Below the pieces are notes generated by a model, which did not search any database, was not told the origin of the DNA, and worked only from the letters and a program-made list of their open reading frames with translations. This document shows positions 52,524 through 63,940 of a DNA stretch of 64,000 bases, piece by piece. The position numbers and the translations under genes are program-made. The DNA comes from Botryllus schlosseri. Its lineage: Eukaryota. How positions within the stretch are numbered: the stretch's first letter is position 1; each line of letters opens with the position of its first letter. Where the stretch lies: contig CM119386.1 in NCBI GenBank assembly GCA_051294905.1, positions 7,564,001 to 7,628,000 of the forward strand, written 5' to 3'.

Positions 52524-53289
52524 AAAATTTCTATTTACATATAGATATTTCTATTACTGTGATATCAAATCCAGATACTAAATAATATTTTAAATACCAG
52601 CTGAAACTATGGTATCGCAACACTCACAAGAAAAAAAAAGTTGTCTCAATTGAACTTGCAACTATATGGCTATTGTATTATGCATATTTATAGAAAAAAA
52701 AACGAAATAAATTGTATATTCACGCTTTCGGTTTTAATCTGTCATAATAAGTTGATAACTACCTTCAGATCACATAATTCACTCTTACCGGCGGTACGGG
52801 AAACAATATAAAAAGAACAGCGAGATCATTAGTTGAAGCGTGAGACAGACAAGTCATTCCGCTAGTTGGCAACAGACGGTTTGATTGGGAAATTAAAAAC
52901 AAACTTATTCAATTTGCCTCTATTGGTCTACACTTGCTTCAACATCAGTAGGCTAAGGCTACTGCCGTTTTTGAGTGACAACTTTATTCATTGACGCGAT
53001 TATTTTTACTTTTTGGTAAATCATAGAAAACCACTTCAAACGCTCTCAAAGCCTTAACAGTGGTTCTTCAACCGTGGTTAGGCGTAGCCAGTCAGAGGGC
53101 GAAAGCGGCATGTCCTTATGCCGAACCACTGACATAAGGCCTCGAAAGCGTTAAACGGGTCACCAGAATTGTTGATTTTATTATTGGTATTGTTCTCCCG
53201 AAAATAAAAAAAATAAAAATACGCATAATTCACAGAATTGAGATATGAGACAACGTTGGGATGTTTTAGTATGCGGGGTGTTCAATGAT

Positions 53290-53653
53290 CGTCAGATTAT
53301 ATTTTCATCTGAACAAGACGCACGCTATGTACAATGCGACAAGACACAATACGATGTAATGAACAGATAGGAGAATGCCAAACTACCATGCAGATGCGGT
53401 TGCAGTTGCGGTCTCTTAAATTGGCATCCACCTCGGCCTAGTGGCGGATTCACAGTTTCTTTTTCGATGTTAATCTCTATTCCGCGACTTTCTCTTGCTC
53501 TTTCCATTCTTTGTGGATGTACGCTTTCATCGGGGCTATTTTCGCCGTAAGAACAGCGACGCGGGGAAAGAGGAGCCCAGAATATCCACCGTAGCGGAAT
53601 CGAACCCTGGCCGTCTGGGTGGTAGGCGCTTATCGTCACACTACGCTCCCCCC
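53290..53653 (-). mobile_element. tRNA(Asp/Gly)-derived SINE-like element or tRNA pseudogene head
   Basis: The minus strand reads gcgtagtgtgacg...cgcctaccac...gggttcgattcc (B box at 53596-53607). The anticodon stem cannot pair. The 3' boundary is approximate. Confidence 0.55.
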
Positions 53654-53907
53654 GTGTTGTGCAGCCTAATGGTGTGGGACGTTGAGGCACCATATGAGAG
53701 AACGTTATATTCGTAGTATCCATCTAGGCCGTTAGGATGCTTTAGTATGAGGGGTGTTGTACAGCCTAAGAGTGCGGGACGATGAGACACGAGCATTCCG
53801 GCTTCAGTCATCTTCGCTCCAGGACATGCCACTTATTAAGTTGAGTTTAACATAAGCGGCTCCGAGCAGCTCGCTCCCAGAATGATAGACAGCTATATAA
53901 CCTAGAC

Positions 53908-54231
53908 CAGTGGTTCCCAACGTGGGCGATTTGGCGGTCTAGGGGGGCGAAAATGACGAAGGGGGCGACGGGGGGCGAAAATAGCGAAGGGGGCGATAGG
54001 GGGCGATGACGCGTTAAAACGGCTGACCTTTTTTTTTAGTCAACCCACGGAAATTTAGTTACAAAAGTGTGTCAAATTAGACATCGAGCCGAAAATTTGA
54101 CCTTTTTTTTAGTCAACTCGCCTGTGATTACAGTTTGTTTGCCCAATTTTCGATACACAAAATTTGGGGGGCGATGATCGGTGTTGACCTTGAAAAGGGG
54201 GCGATGGGTCGAAAAAGGTTGGGAACCACTG
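53908..54231. mobile_element. hAT-type MITE (324 bp)
   Basis: TIR cagtggttcccaac / gttgggaaccactg, perfect TSD acctagac, gggggcga subterminal arrays. Confidence 0.95.
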
Positions 54232-54982
54232 ACCTAGACCATGAGACGCATGTTGGTCGAAACCTTCGATATTGATGTTTTCATACACCGAATATAGTAC
54301 TGACCTAGCAATCTGAGCCCTACTAACTATGTCCAAGTGTACACGTACAGATGCACACTGCACATATGAAAATATTGCACCCCGTGAAGAAATTCAATAG
54401 TGCCATAGTATATTGTGGTGTGCTGTACCGGCCCGTGGTGTCTACGACACTGTACACGTACAGTCGTCATTTCTCAATATGTTTGTTTATTTGATTACGA
54501 TATATTTGTTGACCAAGGTGGGAGTTTGATATATTGACTTTGCCAAGTCGTTTCGTCTCCATCACTTCATCCCTGCATTGCGATTCTTTCGTATTTTGAT
54601 TTAAAGAAAAAGTAACAAATTGACACTGACACTGGAATTTAATTTTATTCAAATAACAAATGACGCACTTTTCCTCATAACTGCCATTTCTTTTGAGTTT
54701 CCTGTACTTTTTTGTTAATCCGTGCTTTGATGAAAAATACCACATAGATATATTTGTATTTGTGAAATCGTCGTGCTACAACGGTGTGAAAACTGAAAAA
54801 TGATACGGCTATATATGACAGTGATTATGTAAAATATAATGTAGCCCTCACAAAAACGAGTGCTAGGGCGGTATTATCCGCTGGCTCGACAACCAAAAAT
54901 TTGTCATCACAATAATATACAAAAGCATAGAAATTTTCAATTTTTTACACCGCGCGGTCTTCCTCTATGTACTTTTATATCT

Positions 54983-55680
54983 GGGGTTGCATAGGGTAGT
55001 GTTTTAAACATAGGCTTTTAAAAAAAATTGTTTTTGTTTTCAAGTTGTATAATTATGCAATAATTGTGTTAATAATTTCCAAAAAACGCGTTGTATGAGC
55101 CTGCGGAAGATTACCACCCGGTACAGCCGACGCATATAGGATGGTTGGAACCATCGAAATAGTCGGTTCAACAGCTATAGTACGTAGATATAGATAATTG
55201 GTACGGAATGAATGATCTGATGATGATGAACGCTGACCGTAAAATGCTGCATGGCGATGTAGTCCTGGTTAAATATATTTTTGGTCCGTATATGACAGTA
55301 TGACAGGGGTTGGACGTAGGGTTACCATATTTTGGAAGTCTAAAAAAAGGACACTTTTTCAAAATTCTAAACTTGCAAAACCGGTGGAAAATCCTGAAAA
55401 TGGTAAATTTTACCCCACTTCCTGGTCGGTTGACTATAAAAAAGTTCAACTTACTCGCTCAGTGCTCAGAATACAGTTTTTCTTTCACTCAAAGTCAAAA
55501 ATGAGGACGTATGGTATGGTAATCCTAGTTGGAAGCGTATTTCGTCAAAAGAGCTATATTTACTCCACATTTTCAATCATCAACATCAATCCACCATGAC
55601 TATGACGACACAATTGAATATTCATGACGCTATGGCTTAAAAAATGTTTTAAACGAGGGCCTTGTTTTCAACATTTATAT
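54983..55680 (-). repeat. Dispersed repeat family C, copy 3 (inverted, interrupted by the 55317 MITE)
   Basis: Reverse-complement blocks match copy 2 on both sides of the nested MITE. Confidence 0.7.
55317..55527. mobile_element. hAT-type MITE (211 bp) nested in repeat family C
   Basis: TIR tagggttaccata / tatggtaatccta; TSD gttggacg / gttggaag (7 of 8). Confidence 0.85.
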
Positions 55681-56849
55681 CACAATTCATCCAGGATAAT
55701 TCAATACTGACAACTAGCTCTGATACATACACAATCCACATCATCATCATTTATTACAATTTTCTTCAGTTCGGAACACTATAAGATCACGATACAACTA
55801 AGAGGTAGGAAGGATTCAAAACAACTCAGAACATTCTTTTAATCAAACGCCCCCTTGGTCTACAGATATTAATAAAAGAGCACGTAAATAACACTCACTA
55901 ATGACAGTTTGTCAGAAACAATGGAAAAATAAAACCCGACTTGTTCCACGCATCTCGCTCCTATCTCTTGGGGTGAGAATGACATGCATGCGGGTAATTA
56001 GGAGGCGCCGGAATGCCAGTATAAACCGAGAGAAAACTGCATATGGTGATCGAGAGAAACATAGGATGTGACGTAAATCCCATTAGGATGACTGGTTTAT
56101 TTAGGTGATTTCATTTACGAGGGGTATTCAAATGTCCACATTGTACACGTAACGTTTGAACCATCGAAATAACAAGAAGGATGAAATACTTTCGTTTATT
56201 CTGCCTCAGGCGTGTTCATATTCAATAGAAATGTACCTTCACTTATGAAGATAAGCGAGAGGAAATCATTTGTCTCCTGCGATGGGCAGCCGGGATGCAT
56301 TCTAAAATTGCTAGATGACTGGTTTAACTACCACTTGTGTAGTTTATTAAGCCTTATCCATATCGGAGGGGTGTGAAGCAAAATGGTGTTCACAAAGAAA
56401 TCGTGAGTGGAGGACTGCCACAGATGTTAGTCCGCCAGTCACTCCATATGTACTGGTTACGCGTTTGCACCGGTTACATCCCCACAATGAATATTAGCAC
56501 TGAAAAACCAGGGTGGCAATAAGATCCGGTTAACTATATAGAAATTAACCAGGATTAATGAAAAGCAAGCATTGTCACGTCTTTCAGCAATGTTTCTATG
56601 CGTATGGACATCAGGCAAACCTGGGCGGTTCCCGCATATTGCAGAAGCAGATGTGAGACGATCCTGTACACATGCTTCATGCATTAGTTAGGAGGTAGTA
56701 GGTAGAACTATAACGCGTAGTTAGCAGGGGGTAGCAAACGTGGCAGGCATTTACCAACAATCGGAATATGAAACTTGGGTGAACAATGGGTTCCGATTCA
56801 TCAAAGTTATGGATGTATCTGTTTCTGATCGCATGCGATCGCCGATAAT

Positions 56850-57250
56850 TGCGCCGTGGGCTTTAACGAAGACTTGACAGTAAGAATCTTTCGCTTATTT
56901 AGAATGGAAGGGAATTTTCAACAACAAAGCAACATATTGTTGCGATATAATAGAAGCAATATGAAAAATGGATTTTGTTTCTGTTGATACTATGCTTTCA
57001 ATGCCTTTCCCTACCCATATATTTGGGTTTGAAGTGGATATGGTGAGGAGCTTTGAAAGCAATGTTCGTAAATACGATCGTGGAAAGCTTTTGTTGGATC
57101 GACGACCACGCGAGGCTGGTCTCGTTGTAAACAGCTGCGATAAGGCTAGAAATCCTAAGTTGCTATACGCGGCTTCCGAGGATATATAACAGGAATACAA
57201 CCAAATCAGTAATCACCCATGATGGGTCGCGAGTATCCACTGAAAAATCA
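56850..57250 (-). pseudogene. Decayed LINE RT remnant
   Basis: VDPTKAF..RI followed by TLLSKLL...PNIW resembles DxxKAFD.V.H..LL.KL. Confidence 0.4.
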
Positions 57251-58399
57251 ACTGCTATAAGCACATAACCGATAAATCCCACACTGTCAATGAACTATAA
57301 AATCGGATTTATCCATTTTGAAACTGAGAGCCCTATTGAAAATCAGGTTGACGGAATATAATTAGTACTAATCAGAGAAGGAATCGCATTACTTTTGCTC
57401 AAGGAAATGGGTCAGCAAGACCAGTTAGCATCGCTCCATGAGCCACCTTCAGAAATATAACCCCGTTTTAACCTCTTCGCAAATTAGTTGAAGTAGATCG
57501 TTGCGTGCTCTTGACTGGGCGCATGTTGCCTATTCAGTCGAGTCTAGAGTGGATTGCAGAGCTTTTAGCGTAGGTATTTTGAAAAGCGAATCCACAGGAT
57601 TGCCAGGACAACCCGCGTTTGTCCACTACAAGGACTCACTTCGATATAGTCTGTCAGAATCAAATCGTGTGAAATCTTACCGCACGAGACCGCGAAGAGC
57701 GGTTTTGTTTGAAAAAATTGTGTCAAATAGACAATATGAAACGGGGAGGTGTGTGTGTTATAAATGTATCCGTCTTCCACGAACAATGGGGCAGGGTGAG
57801 TCAAAAGCCGTCGCAATTAACAGGCCTATTCATGGAAGTTCGCCATTATAGGGCAATTGATAGCTTACTTTAATTTTTTGTCTTATAGTCTCGTCGCAGG
57901 TATAAAAAGACTTTCAAAGGAAAGGCAACAATGTCCTTTTAACTCGACACTACCTCAAGGGAAGCAAGGGTCCCGTAGTCAACAGGTTCTCATGCAACAC
58001 GACACGACCCTGGATGACTGGCCTTTCTCTACATTTCGTTGTTGGTTACTTAACCGACTTAAATCGACGAATACTAACCCATAGCGCACCTTGTCACGGT
58101 TAAAGCTGATATCTCAAAACTGTATCCAAATATCCGGAACATATTTATGTGATCGGTGATGCTACGCCGGTTAAGTGAAAAAACGGTACGTTTCTGTTAC
58201 AGGGGTTTGATTCTGTATGGGGCTCTTTGTGTACGAAAACTTCGCGAACGCCATCCATATGCCTAAGCAAACCGTAGCGTGACGGGTAGGCTTCGTACAA
58301 TAATTCGAAGAAGGTCCTCCGAATCAACATTAGACTCAATGTTTGTAGAGAGATTTGGGGCAAGTGGTGTGTTTGAGCACTACCAGAGCCACTCGTTAA

Positions 58400-59314
58400 G
58401 GAAACATCGCTCTATCACGCGCACTGACGTCGTTCTTTTACGATAAGTTATCGCGCAGAGGGTTGGAATTATGTCGGGCTCCGCTCGCGTGTCGTAATCA
58501 TATGCGCAGGTTGACGGACAAAGTATTATCAAAGAGGTCCGATTTCGGCCGTTTATCTCGACAAAGAATTGAATTTCTTCGCTCCGTTACTTACGCCGAC
58601 AGACTATTTAGTGCTGCCGAATCGTTATTATGTTAGGTAGGATTAGCGTGCGGCTGTGTATTATTCCACGGCCTCTCTCATTAACCAGATAGCTGGATAA
58701 GTGGGCTGTCTGACACAACTTTTGTCTAGTTACTCTCTTGTTGAGAATCGTGGTTTTTCAGCGATTTTATGGGACGCAGCGTTCGTTGATCAAATATCCA
58801 CGAGCATTTTCGCTGTTTTAGAAGGCCGCGATTGCTATCAACGCGTCTGGATGTGTTGAGCTGTCGTGAGCAAGGATCTGGTTAATCGGGCTATACACAG
58901 CCGTTTACAGTTGATTTGGTGCTTTTGTTGACGGTGGTTGTTTTGTGCGTACGTCTGAGCTCTCCCCTCGATGACACAATGCGACGTTGGATCTGGAGAG
59001 GCGAGCACGTGCTTGACGCTATTCGAATTTAGGCCGGCGGTTAGGAGGCACGCCGTTCGAAATGTGCGACGGAGCGTATACGGAAAGCAGATGCGAGGAG
59101 CCTTTTCAAAGCATTTTGAGCGCGCAGTGTAATTGGGCCACAGCGAGTGCCTACGCATAATATCGCAGTAATCCCTGTATATAGGAAAGGCAGGATGTGC
59201 TATCGACAATCTATTGCCACTGTGTTTCCTACGGATAATGTAACTGTGTTTTACCATTGACGCAGAGGATAACGATAAAGTGTAACTGCGAAACGGAGCG
59301 TGGTAGATCGTGAA
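58400..59314 (+). promoter_or_regulatory. CpG-rich putative promoter/5' region of the plus-strand gene
   Basis: Repeat-free and CpG-rich, with several GATA cores and an ATCAAAG (TCF-like) site at about 58440-58700. Confidence 0.3.
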
Positions 59315-59480
59315 ATGAACCAACGCACTAGATTCTGTGTACTGTTTACTGGGACAGAGGATGGAAACCCCGTGAAAACAAGGCTACTGTATAACGATAG
59401 CTGCAGAGAAGACATCATACAGATATGGAAACAAATACACAGCGAAGATATACCAATCGGAGCGGAGCTCATTATTAACG
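59315..59480 (+). CDS. Uncharacterised gene, coding exon 1 (MNQRTRFCVLFTGTEDGNPVKTRLLYND...GAELIIN)
   Basis: ATG at 59315, donor AACG|gtatgt, phase 1. Splices in frame to the exon at 60860. Confidence 0.6.
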
Positions 59481-60859
59481 GTATGTTACAGGTTTTAATG
59501 TATATTGAAGCCCTTTCATATTATATTATTTTGGTCGGCATATCACACGCATTATCACGCATGATTGTTTGTATATATTGATACTCCAACTTGCTATTCG
59601 GCACATGATTACGACTAACGTCGTAGGCGCGGGTATTGAGCAACGAAAAGTTTTGATATGAACAGGTGTTTTGAACACTAATATGCTGATTATTTACGAG
59701 GAAGTGCGGTGTAAGCGAAAGCAAAGAACACCCATGTGTGGTATAGGCGCGTGGTAATGTAGTTGATACTGTGATAGCCCTCAAGGATCTCCGCGAGACG
59801 GAATCGATGACGATGCGTTCCCCTAGGCTGAATATATTTACGGGGGATTAAAACGACATATTGCAGTGAATTGACTTTTGAAAATGGTAATTGCAATAAT
59901 TGCGAAGAACTTCCAGCATTGTCGTTCTGAGTAAGCAACGAGCGATGAACCTTCTAAACTGCATTATCGCGCTATTTTGATGCCTCGCATGAGGAACGCC
60001 CTCGTACCCGGTAATTACACAAGATGATGGTCAGACAGCTGCTTAGGTGCGCGTACCGCTAATTAATCAAAGCACACGCGAAAAGTTGCTAAGTAAGGAA
60101 AACTAATTCCAATCATATAGTTACAATAATCAGAATAATGCAACCGCGTGGTTTTAAAATTGAATACAATACCATGGAGTTGAGGCAAGAAGTGTGCTTC
60201 CCTTTTGACGCCTCAGTGACCAGGTGTCTAAGGGTCGGTTACAATTGACCTACGATGTCTCCAATTGAACCCGTCTGCCTTGTAACCGAAGCCTAGTTTA
60301 CCGCGGCAAATCAGAAGGTGTCGCTAACATCTGACGATCCGATTAGCCAATGTCACCGGCATGACACAAATGTATATACCAACGCCGTAAAGCGGGAGTG
60401 ACATCATTCGCACTCTGCTTTGTTCATCACGCCGTTAAAGCCTAATTATATTAAACGTGGTTGATCTGCGTAATTTATTTTTCTTCGCTGATATTACGCA
60501 CGGCGCGAGATAATGTGTTGGCGTTACTTGGAAGAAGTGACACGGTTTGTAGATATCGGGGTCGTATCTGACTGATACGTTGTATTCTCTCAGCCTAAAT
60601 CCCAGAGCGAAGTGATTTGTACCTTAAAGACCTTCCCCATTTGGCTAAGTGTGCATATTCATTCACCTACCTTCCCAATGCCGTCATTCCCCTGAGGTTC
60701 ACGGGGTTTAGGTTTTCGTCAAACGCCGTAATGCCTTGGGTTTGGAATAGAATTTTGTCCGCTTGATTGGGTTTTACTCTAAAATATCAGATATAGTGAT
60801 CGATCTTACCGCATCCGGGCGAATTTCCTGTAGGTAATCCGAGTTTTGATCTTGTTTAG

Positions 60860-61107
60860 AGAATTGCGTTTACCGCCTTGATGATGACGATGATATATCC
60901 GCCTTTCTGGCGCAAGCTGAGGACCAGTACAAACTATTGCCTACCCAGCCTTTACGAGTCAGGCTGGGTGACTCAAAAGAGTATTTCAAGCATCGTAATT
61001 CTACACCACCAGTCACGAATACCCCGACGTCTAATTACTCGACTTGGACTGGATTAGCCAACGGAAACCGAACTCCTGATAATCAAGAGAGGAAACAGCA
61101 AAGACCA
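60860..61107 (+). CDS. Uncharacterised gene, exon 2 (ENCVYRLDDDDDISAFLAQAEDQYKLLPTQPLRVRLG...QQRP)
   Basis: Acceptor cttgtttag, donor CCA|gtaagt, 248 nt, phase 1/0, open frame. Confidence 0.75.
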
Positions 61108-61494
61108 GTAAGTTATTGTGACACAATATTGCAGCCAGGACTGCATTGTTTACTGACAACGGCATAAATTCTTGAGCCTGAGATGCACTCCCGCTTTGAA
61201 TGCCTTGTGAATCATAATTTTCAACGTATCCGGGCTGAATTGAGCAGTAGCAAGAAATTCAAGCGCAACCACAAGGTCTATATTTGAAGTGGTGATTTCT
61301 GTTACGTGTTGTTTGTAAATGATAAATATTTGCCGTTGTAACATGAATACCTGGCCAGGTTACACCCTGACATGGGAACGCGCATATGCTGTATTATCCT
61401 ACTTGAAGTAATCTTCGTATGAATTGATCCAATGCAATATGACGCTAATGCTTATTGCAAAGTGTAAACTCGCGTAATTACCTCTTGCTTTTAG

Positions 61495-62091
61495 AATTCT
61501 TCTGGTGACGTACCACTAAAGACCGTCGATGTGAATTCAAATGATAGCAACGGATATCGTAACTCGCCTGATCAGCAATCACCACCACGAGTTCAAGCTA
61601 ATTGTATAACAACCTCCCAGCAACAATTATCAGATTGCGCTGATTCTTCAAAACTCAACTCCGATTCTTCTGCGTGGTCGACTGCTGCAAGCTCGCTCAT
61701 GATGCTGTGTCGGTATCGAGGCGAAACCATGCCAAAACAGCCTGCGAAATCCCAGGAAAACAGCATTGAAATGTCTAGAGCACCTGAATATAACACAATC
61801 GGTGGCGCAATCGACAGTATAGCGGGTGCTTCGGTGCTGGGACACGCTGGGCACCATTCACACGCCGAAAAGACTAATAGACGGGACCCTGCTGGCGATG
61901 CGCAGGCAGCTTACGCTAACCAATATTTGGCTTACACAAAGCACCTTGCGCAATCATTGGTTAGACCGCCACAACTTCTCCCGGCGGAGAGAGAAGGCAC
62001 TAATGCGATGGAAAAAGATCACAATCCCTTATCCTTGAAGCCGCCGACTTCCTTGCCTTCACCATATTCTGCGCTCATGAACAATATGCAG
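61495..62091 (+). CDS. Uncharacterised gene, exon 3 (Ser/Gln/Ala-rich, 199 codons)
   Basis: Acceptor ttgcttttag, donor CAG|gtaaga, 597-nt open frame, phase 0/0. Confidence 0.82.
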
Positions 62092-62450
62092 GTAAGATAT
62101 TTTGAGCTTGGGGTAATATCACCGTGTGTATGATGGCATCATTACGGGGTGCGGTAGTTTCACTCAACTTCCTCAGCGGCAATCAATGTTTTCTTTGCAG
62201 TTTCTCGATCCGGTAGCTGATTCATAGTAAGCTCTGGTGCGGGTTTATGTGAGTCAGCGTGTACTCGGTGACTTATAGAAACTAAGTTTTCGAGAAGGCT
62301 ACTTACGGGTTGAAAGTGTTGCCTGGCTTCTTCCCTCTGTCATTGCAGCGAATTCGGGTTGCGTGCGTGTTTCTGTTTGAATACTCTATTCCCGGCATTG
62401 TATGTATAATTGTATATTCGTATGTATCCTGTATAGTTGTGAAATTTCAG

Positions 62451-62740
62451 CAGGAACAAAGAGCGATGTCCAACAGTCGCAATGCGTCCGCAAGCTACAT
62501 CTTGCAAACCATATTCAACAATCATCTCCGAGGAACCTTGCCGAAACCGGGCCACCCCGACCCGAACGACCCGACGCGATTCGTACCCCCGCCATTTATG
62601 GACGAGAACTCATCCAGGGCTCTCCTGCTTAACCAGCAACAGAGCCAATTGAAATCCCAAAACGTCAACCCCGCCGGTCATCCGTTTCAATCGCCTCGAC
62701 CTTCAATATTATCGTCATTAGCACTGTACAATAACAAGAA
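62451..62740 (+). CDS. Uncharacterised gene, exon 4 (QEQRAMSNSRN...LALYNNK)
   Basis: Tandem NAGNAG acceptor tttcag-cag (start 62451 or 62454), donor AA|gtgcgt. Pro/Gln-rich open frame, phase 0/2. Confidence 0.75.
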
Positions 62741-62804
62741 GTGCGTATTCTTTCGGAATCGCGTTTCGATTGCAATTCATGCATGTACTTTTCTACCGTT
62801 GCAG

Positions 62805-62851
62805 CCTGTTGAATTATATGTACGGACCCGCCGTCGGCGCTCTACAAACCG
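62805..62851 (+). CDS. Uncharacterised gene, small exon 5 (LLNYMYGPAVGALQT)
   Basis: Acceptor ttctaccgttgcag, donor G|gtaaca, 47 nt, phase 2/1. Restores frame. Confidence 0.6.
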
Positions 62852-62984
62852 GTAACAACACAGGCGAAAAAATTGAAGAATACTCCAAAAAGACTCACAA
62901 GAAACGCAAACGCGTAAGGCACCCCGCATTGTAATGCGATTTGCGTTGTACCACGATATGTTTTGTCCTGTTTTAAGATGACAG

Positions 62985-63078
62985 AAGACGGTAAGGGCTC
63001 CGATTCGGCGAAACGCATGAGGAGTTCGATATCTCAAAGCAACATTGAATACCACTACCAGAGGGCTCTGGAATATAG
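62985..63078 (+). CDS. Uncharacterised gene, exon 6 (EDGKGSDSAKRMRSSISQSNIEYHYQRALEY)
   Basis: Donor AG|gtaaac. An in-frame join needs the acceptor gacag at 62984; the upstream taag acceptor gives a stop. Boundary somewhat uncertain. Confidence 0.6.
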
Positions 63079-63357
63079 GTAAACACAGGGGATCTATAAT
63101 ATTCATCCGTATTTGTTTGTCGACCAGAGTTATATTGTTTGATTATGGTGGCGTAGTGTATAGGTGATATCAGCGAGAATAAGCCGTTTTTAACTCGTTA
63201 CATGCATCCCTAATTTGTATTATTGAGTGACTGTTTATGCTCCATTTAATAATAGTACTATCGTGCATACGCTGTCCCTGTAAAATACCAGGGAGATGAT
63301 GAGTGAATATTTTGTGTGGTTTATCTCTGTTTCTTCAATCGATTATTATTTTCCCAG

Positions 63358-63475
63358 TCAAATGCCTGAAGAGGAACAGAAACTACAAAACTCAGCGCAC
63401 AGATCCCACTGGAAACACTTGCTTTTCGTGGCGAAAATCAGTCCCAGGTTCATGGAACAGTTCAAACACGCAAAG
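63358..63475 (+). CDS. Uncharacterised gene, exon 7 (SQMPEEEQKLQNSAHRSHWKHLLFVAKISPRFMEQFKHAK)
   Basis: Acceptor attttcccag, donor AAG|gtgatg, 118 nt, phase 2/0. Confidence 0.68.
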
Positions 63476-63763
63476 GTGATGCGTCATGAATTACTTGATG
63501 TGCTGCGTCCCTTGTTGATATCTGCCAGATTACGATTGTAAATCATGGAATCCAGCGCCTGCAGCTGCGGCTTCAGTACGGTCTGTTTAAACCTATGTTG
63601 CGTTAAACATCGCCTACTCAGCTTTATGCTGAAACAAAATATTGGTCGGCGCGAGGCCATGGAACTGATATTCGCGGTTTGGATTCGATACTCTCCCCTT
63701 TACTCAATACTTTAAACCTTTTGTATCGATCGCCTGCTCAACTTCGTTATTTTCTTGCCCCAG

Positions 63764-63940
63764 TACGATGAATGGTCTTCCGAAGCCCGCGATATTTACG
63801 CCATCTGTCAGCCCGACAAGTACATGTGGTCATTCTTGACCTTATCAAAACAAGGTGATTTGCTCTGCAAACGAATGATCACAAGAATTGAAGATCTGAT
63901 CAACAAAAGCCTCGAGGAAAGGCCGGATTGGTGCCCGGAT
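63764..63940 (+). CDS. Uncharacterised gene, exon 8 (YDEWSSEARDIYAICQPDKYMWSFLTLSK...PDWCPD); probably continues right of the window
   Basis: Acceptor ttttcttgccccag, probable donor GAT|gtgggt, 177 nt, phase 0/0. Alternatively it reads through to TGA ending at 63970. Confidence 0.68.

Noticed and set aside
58838-59323. 161-aa minus-strand ORF
   Set aside because: No ATG start, atypical composition and no recognisable motif. It overlaps the presumed promoter of the plus-strand gene.
62985-63078. Homeodomain (KRMRSSISQSNIEY resembles an N-terminal arm)
   Set aside because: No helix-3 WFxNRR motif follows.
63722-63800. Nuclear-receptor LBD signature (CIDRLLNFVIFLPQYDEWSSEARDIY)
   Set aside because: The apparent motif runs across a polypyrimidine acceptor, with an in-frame TAA at 63713 and no upstream acceptor in between. 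No C4 zinc-finger DBD was found. An LBD-like fold is not excluded but is unsupported.
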